From Lepidodermella squamata (taxonomy: Eukaryota; Animalia; Gastrotricha): DNA of 64,000 nucleotides. Under the pieces are notes generated by a model. That model saw nothing but the letters and a program-made list of their open reading frames with translations, was not told where the DNA came from and searched no databases. The translations under genes and the position numbers were made by a program. The stretch lies in the NCBI GenBank assembly GCA_047495785.1, contig JBLDXI010000001.1, positions 2,790,001 to 2,854,000 on the forward strand, given 5' to 3'. Within the stretch, counting starts at the first letter, position 1, and every line of letters begins with the position of its first letter. Shown in pieces: positions 1 to 11,673 of the stretch.

Positions 1-383
1 GAATGATAATCATAATGTATAATGTAAACTATATTTCTAAGGGATTCTAAGGTTCTTAGAAATAAATCTCAAGTTCTTAATGTTGCTCTAAGAAACAACT
101 TCAAGAACTAAGAGCTAAGGAAAACTGTGTCAAGAAGTCGATTGAGACCAGAACTCTGGCTGAAGAGCACAACTCAAATTGGACAATCGAGGATTGTGGG
201 CAAGGAAGAATTCGAAGTTAGCTTTACTGACAGAATAGAAATAGCTTCAACAATGGCCAGCTGGTACCTGCTGAATAATGATTTGCTTTTTCAAATCTCA
301 TCTCATCACACTGTGCCGTTGTACCTCAACACCTGGATAGCCATTCTCTACTTAGTGTTCTTAGCTTTATTATGAAATTGCAG

Positions 384-760
384 ACAAGAAGCGCTGTCTT
401 CTTTCAACCTATCTGGAGTACCTCGAACACATTCTTGAAGATGCCCCGAAAGAGTGCTTCTACTTACAGCCACGTAATCAAGTTTGGTTCGCGAAGTCAC
501 CTCTCGGCGAGCACACGATGCGAACAATGGTTAGCGAAATGATGTCGTCAAATGGAATTGATGGGCATTTTTCTAATCATTCGCTTAGGGTACTGCGGCG
601 ACAAGGATGTGTGAATTTGGTCTCAATGACTACGAGATTAAGAAATTGACCGGTCATCGGTCAAAAGCCGTGCAAAATTACAAGCGTCCTATGCCGTATA
701 AAATGGCTGCTTCTTCTCGGGCAATTTCGAGCACTTCTACGACAGAAACGCCTGCGCTCA
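384..760 (+). mobile_element. Crypton-type (DUF3504-like) tyrosine recombinase C-terminal fragment, frameshifted, inside an ECM29 intron
   Basis: After a ttgcag acceptor (383) it reads KKRCLLSTYLEYLEH...CFYLQPRNQVWFAKSPLGEHTMRTMVSEMMSSNGIDGHFSNHSLR, then a 1-nt frameshift at 590-591, then TAATRMCEFGLNDYEIKKLTGHRSKAVQNYKRP. This contains the HxxR, GH and catalytic Tyr (679-681) motifs of tyrosine recombinases, with Crypton/ZMYM/KCTD1-like spacing. Confidence 0.85.
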
Positions 761-973
761 AGCCTGGCGATTCAACTCGTGGAGCCGATGCGGATATGTA
801 TGCGTCTAATTCGATGTTCGATGTTCGAGCCCGTTATCCGAAATAGGGTACATTATCTGATTTTAGGAAGATACCGGACTAAGATAACACGTGATAACAG
901 CATTATTTGAAGTACTATGGTGGTTCTTGCAACTTCGCTGCAGAATAAAAAAATTAATCTAAATTTTACCCAC

Positions 974-3900
974 CTGATAGCGGTATAATTTGCCAATTCC
1001 AGCCAAAAGCGACCCAGCAAGCTGTGTATTTCCCGTAGTTGCAGCTTTCGTTTTCTTGAGTGCCTTTTCACGTTTCGCAAAGATGGAACCAAGGCCAGCA
1101 GCGGCTGAAGATTTCGTCAACCAGCTACATTGATCATTAGCCAGTTCCATAAATCTGAAAATGATGCATGTAAACTCCGACGTTAATCACTGGTTAAAAA
1201 GCATAAATACCTGTAGATGAGATCAGGTTGGTTTAAATCTGAGGCCAAAGAGCAGAGTTCTTTGTAGGTATTCAACTTCTGACCCTCCGGCATTTCGCCC
1301 AATTGGCCCTCCTTAAAGACTTCAGTCTGATTCGAAACCGTGAGGTTGACGGTTTTCCGACCCATCAATACGTCAATCAAGGGCTGGAGTTGCTGCTCCT
1401 GATCTTGCTCAGGTACAGCTTCATACATGAAAGCCAACAATTCACACAAACTGAATAAAATAATGGAAAATTGAAATTTCAAATGAAAATTCGAAAAAGT
1501 TGGTTACGTTTGTTGAATGTGAGCGTTGTCTTCCGTAAGCAGATGAAGCATAGCCTGGTTAACCGGGGCGAATTTCGATCGTACTGTTTCGACCAGAGGC
1601 TTCACTTGAACGGCTGATTTCAGGATGACCAGCAACGTGACCAGGCCGCATTCTCGGACAAATTTGCTAGCGTTTCGCAACTGAGTGTTTAATATTTGAT
1701 CGATCGCACGATTCAGATCGCGAATGGACGCCTCTATCAACGGCTGGGTGGTTCCATTTTCACCGCCGAAGTTCAACTTGGTTTTCAGGAGAACGTCATC
1801 CAAAGCATCGTAACTCGCCAAGTCCACAAAAACTAAATTCAATGAAAACAATTTAAATGGGGAGTGCGCTCCAGGTGTAAACTCAAAATATAGTCGAGAA
1901 ATTTGGATTTTTTTCATAGAATCATGGAATTTTTATTGGGTTTGCTCTGGTGCGGCTGCCGCGGCCGCCGTGGCGTTTATCGCCCGCCGTTTTTGCCTCC
2001 ATCCACCACGTTCCAGTGATGTGGAAATGGGTTTGTTGACGTCAACAACGACGCCAACAGCGACGCCAACAACGACGCTAACAACGCCCGGCGTCAACGA
2101 TGCCATTGGCTATCCGGCAACGCTACCGACGCCTACGACACCCATTCAAATACGGTTTCCTAAGCCGCGCGGCCTTGACGACGGCCCGGCGTTCCCGGCT
2201 CCAGGTGCGCTCCAGGTTCGTCTGAAGTGCCGTCGATATCGAAGTGTGATTCAGAAAGGCCGCCAAAATTCGCCGCCTTCTTTTTTTCTCCAATTTTTTG
2301 AAAGTCCAACTGTTGGAAAAAGAAGCACTTCGGTGTCACAGAACTATCGAAAAATTGATGATTGTGGATGAGAAGAAGCGATGGAATTCTATGAGTCGAT
2401 GGTCAAGTTAGTTGAATGATAGGTAGTTCAATCGATTACATGCTTATTAATGATTAATAGCTTCGTAAACAACGACCCGTTACAGAGCATCGTAACTCGC
2501 CAAATCCACAAAAACCGAATTCAATGACAAACATGTAAATGGGCAGTGCGCTACAGGTGTAACATAGTGTGATTCAGAAATGCCTCCCAAATTCTGACGC
2601 CGACTTAGAGAGAAATTGTTAGCAAAGTAAGCACTTCAGTCGATCAACTGTTCAAGGCTGAAATTTATAACTTATTTCTATCTAATAACTGAGATTATTT
2701 TCGATTTTCGAACGACAATTCATTCTATTCCTATGAAGTCGGATAGAAATGTATTTCATGTCGACTTTATTGACTAATTTTTGTCCGAAATCGCTGAAGA
2801 TCGAGCGTTTTATGCTGTAGGTCTCGTCTGTCTCTTCTTTGCCTAGCCCGAGCTCGCCAACAAGACGCTTACTGGTCGAGAGCCGTCGAACGCGAAGGGG
2901 AGAAGAACGAGAATTGGCAGCTGGATGGATCCTCAACGCGGTGAAGCTATCTCTGTTTTCTGTCTGATTTCTCATCTGATAGTTGTGAATTAACAGCTCA
3001 CATCCGTCCGTGAGATTTTTGTTTCCTTGATGTGATTTGACGTGTTGAACATAAACAACTAAACGCCAACTTCAAGCCCTATACAATTTACTCCTATAAT
3101 CTATAATTGTACAGTGTTATGATTGGTTAGGAACGTTCTGGAAACTTCTATACCCTTGTTCTAGTATGTTCGATTCCCGCCATGTAACCATATATAAAGT
3201 CACTGATTTATCGAAATAAACAAGATTGAAGTTTGCTCAAGTAGTCTTGTGTTTGACTCTTACACCTTTGCTCACGCCTAAGACGCTCCAAATCCAGTTT
3301 TACGCAACCTTTTACGTCAGCGCCTCAAAGTCCAGGAGGAGGAGGAGCAACAAAAGAGGGGGAGACAGCGCCTAGCGGAACAAGAGCGGGACATTGAACG
3401 CGGTCTGGTGGCGGCACGTAAAATAATGAGGCACAACAAAAGGCCGAAATTTGCTGTGTTACAACGGTAACCACTATTACGAGGCCAACGCGAAGAGTGG
3501 TCAGCAATTTAAAACTGAATCGCGAATCTTTTACGCTCTTACTATCCATTCTGTCCGATCTCTGCACTGGGAGGTTAATTCCGCAAGATGCATTCACTGA
3601 TTTGATTGACTGATAATTAACACTGATAACATGATTTTCCCTTTTCGAACATGGGCCTATCAAACGGCAAAGGAAAATACTTCTGTTAAATCTTCAAATT
3701 ACTTGGTGCTGCTGCCGTGTGGACCACATTTCCCGAAATAAATTTCTGCCATACATATGTCTTTTTTGTATTTTGCCATTACACTTAGTCTTAGATTCGC
3801 GTGGAGGTAAACAACGAGGCTCCGCAGGAAAAACGGGGACATTTGCAGCCTGACGGCCAACTATGGCCTAGGGACCCAATAACTGGACGTTATTTTCAAA

Positions 3901-6900
3901 TAATAAAGTTTTCCGCAAACCACTTGTAGTTGGAATTATTCCTGAAAGATCCGAAGTTAAATGAACCTGTACCTTTACCGGATCCTGCTTCCGCGCCAAT
4001 ACAACTTACATCGGGCTACTCGAAGCTTTGCAAGCCAACGGAAACTTAATTCCAAACGTCGTCATGGGTGACGGGTCTAGGGCTATCTCAAAAGCGGTTT
4101 AAAAGGGCTTAAAATTCGCTGGGCAAGACGGTTTCGGTAGTAACCCTCTGAAAGACGGTAAAGAACCAGATTCAGTACCTCCGCCCCCAGTCGGAAAGCC
4201 GCAGTCGAGTTCCGGCGCTAATTCTAAAGTTGACCCGGCACCCGGCTAGTTCGTCGACGACGCGTCTTTACACAAGTTTGAGTTGCTATCGCAGAACGAA
4301 TACCTTCCTGAAGAGAAAGGCCGCTGAAGAGACGGTGAAACATCTCCAACTGAAAAATCACCTGACAGAGATTCAAATTGAGAACGCCCTGGTTCGCCAA
4401 GAGCTCTCCACTTTAATGATTCATCGACTAAAAAACAGCATCGCTGTCGAAACAGGTTTTTTCGTGCTGGCGAACTTGCTTAGCGAAGGGGAGACTGTGG
4501 GTGGTCTCATTCAGGTTCGATGCGTCCAATGTCCGCAAAAGACGTTGAGCAAAAAAATGGCGTCATATTGAACCGCGCAGATGTGTCGCAACGCGGCGGG
4601 GAAAGCTATCGAAAATCCAAAGTTGGGAGGTCACGACGAAGAATTATGAAAAGTGACCAAATTTGATGCTCGCTCTGCTAGTCTCAAAAGTTACTGAGTG
4701 TCATGTAATTGGCAGAAGCCACGATCTTGAGTCGATTAGTCAAGAAGTCGCGATTCACTGGAACGGACCATAAGTGATGGTCTCGTCATAAAAGTCATTC
4801 AAGCCAGATTTAACGGTGGAGTATTAGTGATATGATTTGAATTATGCGCAGTTACGAACTAGTTCCTGTTGTAGTTGTGCAGCTCCTCGAATTTTTCCTT
4901 TTGCAGCTGGGAATTTCCCAACTTTCCCAACTTATCAACGCGATTTCCGCAGCCCACTAGTGTTTTCCCATGATTTACCACACACATTTGCGCTATTTCT
5001 GCATCTTTTGCAGGCCTATTAAAAAACACAGAATTTTTTCCATGGCCTCATGCGCTTATTTTTGGCGCGGTACGACGCCCTTTCTGAATCACATCTTACG
5101 ATATGTTTCCCTATTTACGGAGAATTAAACTTACATGTGTCGGCATTTGCGTTAGACAGTGGGCCAAGGGTAAGGTCAACTATCGCTTGAGCTATCCACA
5201 TGTAGATATCTTCATCGGGCGCAATCGAAAACAGCTTATCAATCGCCTTCCACTTCGCCTTCTCGCCCACTTCACTCGAATCTAACATCGAACAACCAAA
5301 CCGACCATAGGCCTGGATCGCCCAGGGCCTTAGACGAGCTTCTTTAGTCGCAAGAGCCTTCGTCCAAGATTCGCCGACCAAATCAACCAGATTTTCGCAA
5401 TTCCATAACGGGAAGTACAACGAAACAACAGAAGTTGCTTTCAGAGCCACCAATCGATCAGCCGCATCGGGTTGGCTCTTTAAGATGGACGCCAACTCAT
5501 TCTCGAAAAACTTCCCATCTTTTAAAACCGCTGGAATCAGCGAAGTTTTGCCTTGTCTGATCAATGTTAGGACGAGATGGGACAAACACAACAGTCCAAT
5601 AGGTTTCCGCTCGAATTGAGACAGCGGATCGTTTTCATTTGCTAATAAATCAGTCGATAATGCCCTCACAGCTCCGTAGAGCTGGCAAAACAGCTCAACG
5701 GTATCGAAATTACTCGTTGAAATCGCAAAAGATTGACAAGACGGTAAAATTGATCGTAAAATCGCACTTTTCTGGGCTAGGATCGCAATCGGCATAGCTT
5801 TGACCAACTCAGTTAGCAAAAAGAGGACAAGAGCTTCAGATTGACATTTCAAAATATCGATTAAAATCGACGAGTATAGGTCGAAAATTAGCGCAGCTCG
5901 TTCCGAAGGACAAGCGGTTAAAAATCGGAATAAATACGGAGAACTGCGTTGCAAATCTTGAAATTGAAGCGTGGCGACTAACACGTCAGTAGGAGGAGCA
6001 TTCGCCTCAGAGACCACGAGAATCGTTCGCAAATACAGGGCGATTAACGAACAAGTTTGACCAGAAAATGGCAGACTGTTATTGCCAAAGGTCAACGCGA
6101 ATTCCGGGTTCGATTTGCCGTTGTTGAATTGCTCGTGAAAATACGCTAAAATCTCGTGAAATTTCGGCATTTGCGGTTCAGGCCTGAGCGGATTCGCAAC
6201 GCCAGAAACTAAGCTATCAGGCTGCTCATCGCGCGGCAGGTATGGCTCAAATAGCGCCTTAGTACACTCGCTTCGAAAATCAGGGTCAGCTTTAGACCCC
6301 AGCTGAACAAGCAAAAATCGACTCGCTAAATGGTTAGCTGGTAGCAAACGAAGATATCGCAGCGAAAGTCTCGCGGCTCGTTTAGATTTAATTGAACACA
6401 TGGCTACAACTTCTGCAAAGGCTTTGTCACGATTAGCCGGTTGAATTTGTTGACAAATCGCTGGGGCGAGCGCGTTCAGGGCCAATTCAATGTCTTCGCC
6501 ATAGAAAAATTCGCCCTGTTGGTCCATTTGCTGAATCAGTTTGAACATACTGAGGACCAGGTCGAAATTCGCTTCTATCAAACTCGGAAAACGAGAGAAC
6601 AGCTTCCCAACAGCGGAATAAGCCAGTGGTTTCGACGATTCGTCGTCAGATTGCTTCAAAACCTGAGCGAAAGCGGTTGATAACAGCGGCGCTAGAGGGG
6701 CGATTTTCTCCCAAAGCCAGGCATCCAGCCAGGTGTGAGCGAACTGCAGCATTGTCTGCTTCAATTTCGTATTAGAATTTGTCGAAAATAACGTTTCAAA
6801 TAACAATGGAACGCAACGAGATCTGAGATCGCAAGTTGTCTGTGACGAAAATTTCGCAATTGCTGGTAGCAGTTTCAATCGGAGCCGCAAATCAGCCGGA

Positions 6901-7883
6901 GCCATAAGATTTGCCTGGGCTGCTCCAGCCGGCGCTGATTGAGGTCTTAAAAGGAAAAAAGAACAAAATAAATTATAAACTATAACATAAAATTTGACAT
7001 ACCTTTGTTGATTGTTGCCTAAATAGAGCGTGATCAGCGATTCGAGAATGGGTTGGCTTGTAGTCCAGTTGATTTCGTTATTCAAATGCCGCATTTGAAC
7101 TTCAGCGTAACTCGCAACTCGCCCAGTCGAGTCGGAAGTTGCGATCAAATAATGCATGGCAAACTGCTCGAATGAATATTTCGGAATTTTAGCCTCAGTT
7201 GAGGTCGAGATTGAACTTTTCAAGGAGCAGTATACTGTCAGCAGGTTAATTGTAGCCATTTTCAAAATCTCCAAATCGTCCAGTAAATTCGTGTCAGCCA
7301 TCGCTTTCTCTTCAGCCTGGCTTAGGCAGGGCAAAGTCGGACCCAGAGTTACACCGTATGGAAATAGAAGAATGACAAGAAGAACTCGAGAAACTGGTTG
7401 AGAAATCTCAATATCGCCCAATTTACACTTTTCCATGGCAGCCTTTTCGGCTCCTATCTGTCTGAGACAAGAGGCGAGCAGAAACGTGAAGAGAGATAAA
7501 TCGACGGTCGGGGACAAACTAGGCTTCGAAAGCACCATGGGCAATAGTTCAGCGGCTTGTTCTGGAGAAGCGCGTTTCAGCCCCATACGAATGTAAACTT
7601 TTGCGAAATTTACGAGTAAAAGTGAACATGACCGATCGTCCAGCATTGCTAACAACTCAGCTAGCGGCACTTTCACAGTTTGATCGGCTTGCAATCGCTT
7701 ATTGACATGTGATAAAATTTCAACAACTTTGTTTTTCACACCTTCGCCCGGAGTTGGGGATAAATAGCTCAGAACTTTGACCAAATATTGGTCGATCAGC
7801 CGTTGAGTATCGTCAGCTAAGGCTATTTTGAAGAATATAGCCTCCAATCGCTCTATTTGCTCATTTCCAGTAGCTACAGCCAT
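974..7883 (-). CDS. ECM29: Proteasome adapter and scaffold protein ECM29 (ECPAS), N-terminal part; the gene continues beyond the left edge
   Basis: Exons 7883-7003, 6945-5135, 1832-1508, 1450-1211 and 1154-974 with phase-consistent GT-AG junctions. Motifs include [49 protein letters not shown] and KLYRYQ. Confidence 0.93.
1801..2640 (+). repeat. Diverged direct duplication covering the ECM29 exon/intron junction (copy 1 at ~1801-2335 with a ~350 bp insert; copy 2 at ~2483-2640)
   Basis: agcatcgtaactcgccaa...gtgcgct(c/a)caggtgtaa occurs at 1804-1880 and 2486-2562; tgtgattcagaaa at 2245 and 2568; aagcacttc at ~2322 and ~2629. Confidence 0.8.
2033..2090 (+). repeat. 16-bp palindrome overlapping a 12-bp minisatellite (CAACAACGACGC x ~4)
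   Basis: ttgttgacgtcaacaa at 2033-2048; units caacaacgacgc, caacagcgacgc, caacaacgacgc, taacaacgcccg. Confidence 0.85.
3115..3264 (+). mobile_element. Solo-LTR-like segment
   Basis: Starts TGTTATGA and ends TCTTACA (TG...CA with a short imperfect inverted end); internal TATATAAA (~3191) followed by AATAAA (~3215). No target-site duplication is visible. Confidence 0.5.
3998..4099 (+). pseudogene. Mutator-like (MULE) transposase fragment
   Basis: Translates NTTYIGLLEALQANGNLIPNVVMGDGSRAISKAV*, resembling the MULE core 'Y..fle.l...P.vimtD.e.ai.kAv' around the second catalytic Asp. Confidence 0.55.
4690..4820 (+). pseudogene. hAT-like transposase C-terminal fragment
   Basis: VTECHVIGRSHDLESISQEVAIHWNGP* then, frame-shifted, DGLVIKVIQARFNGG; resembles the 'R..L..E..I.xNGP' C-terminal motif of hAT/ZNF862-like transposases. 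Confidence 0.4.
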
Positions 7884-8119
7884 TTTAAAGCTCTACGCAA
7901 GAAAATTTGGAAATCAGTCAAGTTTTATTTTAAAACAATCGCCGTTTTTTTCAAGATGAGCTGAACAAACGGGAGTCCACAATAAACTTTTATTTTATTT
8001 TGAAAAGAGCAACCACAGTGCTCGTTTTTTCACATTTCTATCAGGAGTCGTAACTAGGTTTAGTCACTGCGGTGGCAGAAATAATGTAGCGGTGGTGCGT
8101 ATAATTCTGAAGGAACTTA

Positions 8120-9538
8120 TCAATGATTAGGAGGAGCGACGATCGGAGGAAAAACGGGGTCGGGGAAAGTACCGACCGCCTCTTGGTAGTAAGAATATTG
8201 ACGGTATGGCCGCAGATGCCACGGCCAGCGGTTTTCAATACGAGCCAATTTAACACCCAAATCTTCAAACGTAGCAACTCCAGTCAAATGATCAGTATGA
8301 TGTTCCTACATTAAAAAATCGAATCGATTTCTCATCTCCATCTGTAATAGCTTACCCTTTCAAGACGATCCAAATCAAACGGGAAACGCTGAGTCGGAAT
8401 CCAGCTTAAAAGTTCCAGTTGCATCTTGAATAACGGATTGATCGGAATCTTTTCGATGCCGTTTACCCACCGGAGAATCGAGTACATATAGTCAACCAAA
8501 TCTCCAAGGTAATATCGATACGGTCTAATCAAATCAATCTTTATTTAGTTGATTGAAATTGATATAAATTTGTCGTTACCCAACAGCTTCGAAGACTTTT
8601 CCATCCGAATCAGGGGCAGTAATTGCTTTCATTACACCTCGAGCAACATCACCGACCTGAAATAACCATTTAATGTCAGTTATACAGATATTGCTGCAAA
8701 ATTACATAGATGGGCTGCTTGATAGTTTCCATTCCTCTCTTCCACAAAGGCAAAGTTCGGAACATGCGCCGGAAGGGAGAGCGATAATAATGCAAAAACC
8801 TGTCTTCTTCGCCGTAGATGTCACTAGGACGGATAATGATGGCTTGGGGAAACTCTTGGCGAACCGCATCTTCGCCCTCAGCTTTGGTTATCAAAAAGCG
8901 AGACGGCTCGTGTGTAATGAGGGTCTCCGGTTGCCTGCTAGCATTTATCGTTGAGAAATGAATAAGACGCTTAACGCCGCATTCACGGGCAATGCGTGCG
9001 ATTTTCTGCGCCGTTTTAACATTCACGTTATACAGAGAGAAATTCTTGGTAGGCGCATCGGCTCCAATTAAGTTGACGACGACGTTAGAATAAAGCATGG
9101 ATTTCCTAATAGAATCTTCATCGTGTGCGTGGAACGGGACGTAGTTAATTTGTCCCAGATCTCCCATTAGCTTCAAATCGCGAACCCAGTATTGCTCACC
9201 GCGATAAGGAATAACCAACTGGGTACCAATCTTGGCCAGCTCATTGACGACGTAGCGGCCAACAAAGCCAGATGAACCGAAAACAGTGCATGTAATGCCG
9301 GGATAAGAAGCACGGGCACCGGCTCCACGTGGAACTGACGCCAAGAAAGGTTCGCCATTGTGATCCCAGTTGGCACGATCAGAGACTTTCACAGTTTTCT
9401 CGCTGGCAAGACAGGCGCGGGAGGATGATGCGAACGATCGCTTCAACACCACAGCCATTCCTGAAGAATAAACTAGAATAATTCAAGTGAAAAAAATCAG
9501 TATTTACCTGAGCTAGCAAACAGGACACTATTGCTCAT
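8120..9538 (-). CDS. NDUFA9: NADH dehydrogenase (ubiquinone) 1 alpha subcomplex subunit 9, mitochondrial
   Basis: Exons 9538-9508, 9460-8706, 8656-8580, 8524-8356 and 8305-8120. Motifs CTVFGSSGFVGRYVVNEL, DLKLMGDLGQI, SNVVVNLIG, IIRPSDIYGEEDRFL and KQPIYVGDVA; 5'UTR intron at 9603-9561. Confidence 0.96.
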
Positions 9539-10410
9539 GCTCAACTGGTAGTAATGTCCACTATGATGAGTAATTTATAACGAGTTAAATCGGTATCTCT
9601 TACTCTCAAATATTCCACACAAAGCCACACAGATAATAGAGAGAACAGAGTAAAAGTCCCGAAATGAAAACTTCATAGAGATTGACTAAAGTGGGTCAAT
9701 AGCTACGATCAAATAGGCCCAAGAAAAGACAAGATAATTTGAGAACAACGCCAACTACCAACAACTGTTGCAGATTGCAAATTTGAATGGCGAAAGCCGA
9801 AAGTATGCGGAATAGAGCGAAGAGCTCGCTTCTCGTCAGTCTTGTAGCTTGAAGCAAAAATATGGCTCTCTCTCTCTCGCTCTCAGCTTTCACACACAGG
9901 AGGTAAAGGGGTTTAGGATGAGGATTAGACGTACGGTGTACCGGCAAAAGTCCATGGCTGTGCCTAGGTAATCGAATCCACCCAACATGCAACATGCAAC
10001 TGTGCCTAATTTTCGTGGTGTCACCCACGGCAAGGCCCGTTGGGCAAGAATGTGGCCAGAAATCCCGGCAAAAAATCAGGATCATCGGGATTTTTTTGAA
10101 GCTCACACTGATACAACAATTAATGTGAAGATAAATACGAGATATTATTTTTCAAACTATTTTGTCATATGTATGTAAATTAATTATTTGGATAATTATA
10201 TTGTATTTCCGACATCATTTTCGCCGAGGTAAATTAGAAGAAAAACCCGCGCGTTTTTTTTTCTCGCGAGGACGTGAGGATAGTCTTCAGTATTGAGGCT
10301 TTGCCAACCAACCGGAGCTGAGTTTATCGAATTGGATGAGTCATCGAATTGAGATCAACTTCATTTAATAACATCAACTGATCTCAACTTGCACTGCATT
10401 GCTATCTTGA

Positions 10411-10460
10411 CAGGGCCGGATCAAGTAAGGCAAGTAAGCCAGTTGACTTAGGGCCCGACT
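10411..10460 (+). mobile_element. Possible hAT/MITE-type terminus (CAGGGCCGGATCAAG...GGGCCC); partner end not found
   Basis: CAGGGCCGG... followed by a GGGCCC subterminal motif is typical of hAT non-autonomous element ends; no matching inverted end was seen. Confidence 0.3.
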
Positions 10461-11133
10461 GTATCCTGAACAGATAATAGGTTGCGAACCAAGCGGCGAA
10501 AAATTACGGAGCGCTGCTCCGACAGAAACTCATAAATATTCCCATGAAAATGATTGCGAATTGCCAGAATGCGCATGTGAAATCCCAAGATAACCTTTTA
10601 GTTTGCAGGACGGCAATGCCTTTGTCACTCTCGCGCTTCCTTCATGGTCGACATCTGTTGAAACACCAAAACATGACGGTATATCTTTGGCGTCATCATG
10701 TTCTTGGAAATGATTGCTGATTAATTTTGAAAGAGCTAGAGAAATAAAATTAACTTGCACAATAAAAATGATAGAAATTAGAAGAGATGAGTGAACAAAA
10801 GTACGCATGTTGTTGATTACGGCAAGTTTTATTACTTGTCAGATCTTTAAATCGATACATGAACAACACAGCTGTAAAAGCATCATATTTAGCAGTAGAA
10901 TAACATCGAAGCGTAATCTTGTTGCATTGTAGCTTATAGTTTGATTAGCACGAATGCATTATTTTGATATCCGCACCTAAAATATTAATTTTTGAATAAA
11001 AATCAGCACTCAGAATGCCATTTAGCAAATCAAAACAATAAATGGATCCCAGTTAACATGTAACGAGGATAAAACTTTAAATCATCAGGGCTGTCTTGAT
11101 TTTGATTCGAATTGAGAGCATCAAGAAAATCCT

Positions 11134-11673
11134 TTAACTGCGTTGAATCGAGTCATCCAGTTCCTGAAAATAATATCGATGTTCCGATAAATTTATCAAG
11201 ATTTCGATTATAACTTACGTTCGAAATTTGCACGAGAGTGCAGCAGGCGCAGCAGAACGCTGAAAGGAAGTCCTTGCAAACGCCGCCCTAATAAACACAA
11301 ATTACTTGTAGATAGGAAACTGGAAAAGAGAAATCAAATTGAGTTACCTCGATATGGCGTTGTTCACGGACTTTCCCGCGCAGCATGGTGAGTAAAATCA
11401 AATTAGCGACCGGTACGAAGAAGAGGCAGCCACAACCGAGGCAGCTACTGCCCAACTTTTCCCACGCTTGCTGAAAAAGAATGTTTCAATGAGGTAAACC
11501 GGATAGACCTACGGTTGAGACATACCCCGAAAGGAATGCAGGGCACGCAGGCAACGCAAAGGCAGTTCTTGCAAGAGCTGCAGCAGCTACAGAATCCTTT
11601 CAATTATGAAACATAAATTAAAAAAAATGACGTTAAATTAACCTATCAACTCACCGGTCTTCCATTCAGCCAT
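11134..11673 (-). CDS. PLAC8/cornifelin-family Cys-rich small protein, copy 1
   Basis: Exons 11673-11655, 11596-11526, 11470-11348, 11287-11219 and 11163-11134: MAEWKTGFCSCCSSCKNCLCVACVPCIPFGQAWEKLG...LRGKVREQRHIEGGVCKDFLSAFCCACCTLVQISNELDDSIQRS. Confidence 0.9.

Noticed and set aside
1-132. Possible LTR end (AATAAA at 61, ends ...TGTGTCA)
   Set aside because: Truncated by the window edge; no second LTR, PBS or TSD to support it.
9930-10060. SL RNA-like layout (AG|GTAA donor, AATTTTCG, 3' hairpin)
   Set aside because: The Sm-like site is non-canonical and there is no convincing leader stem; neighbouring aaatcccg/cgggattt repeats and a ...CACACTG end fit a MITE remnant better.
10530-10808. 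92-aa minus-strand ORF with a signal-peptide-like start
   Set aside because: No recognisable domain and no phase-consistent splice model; it abuts a TE-like terminus.
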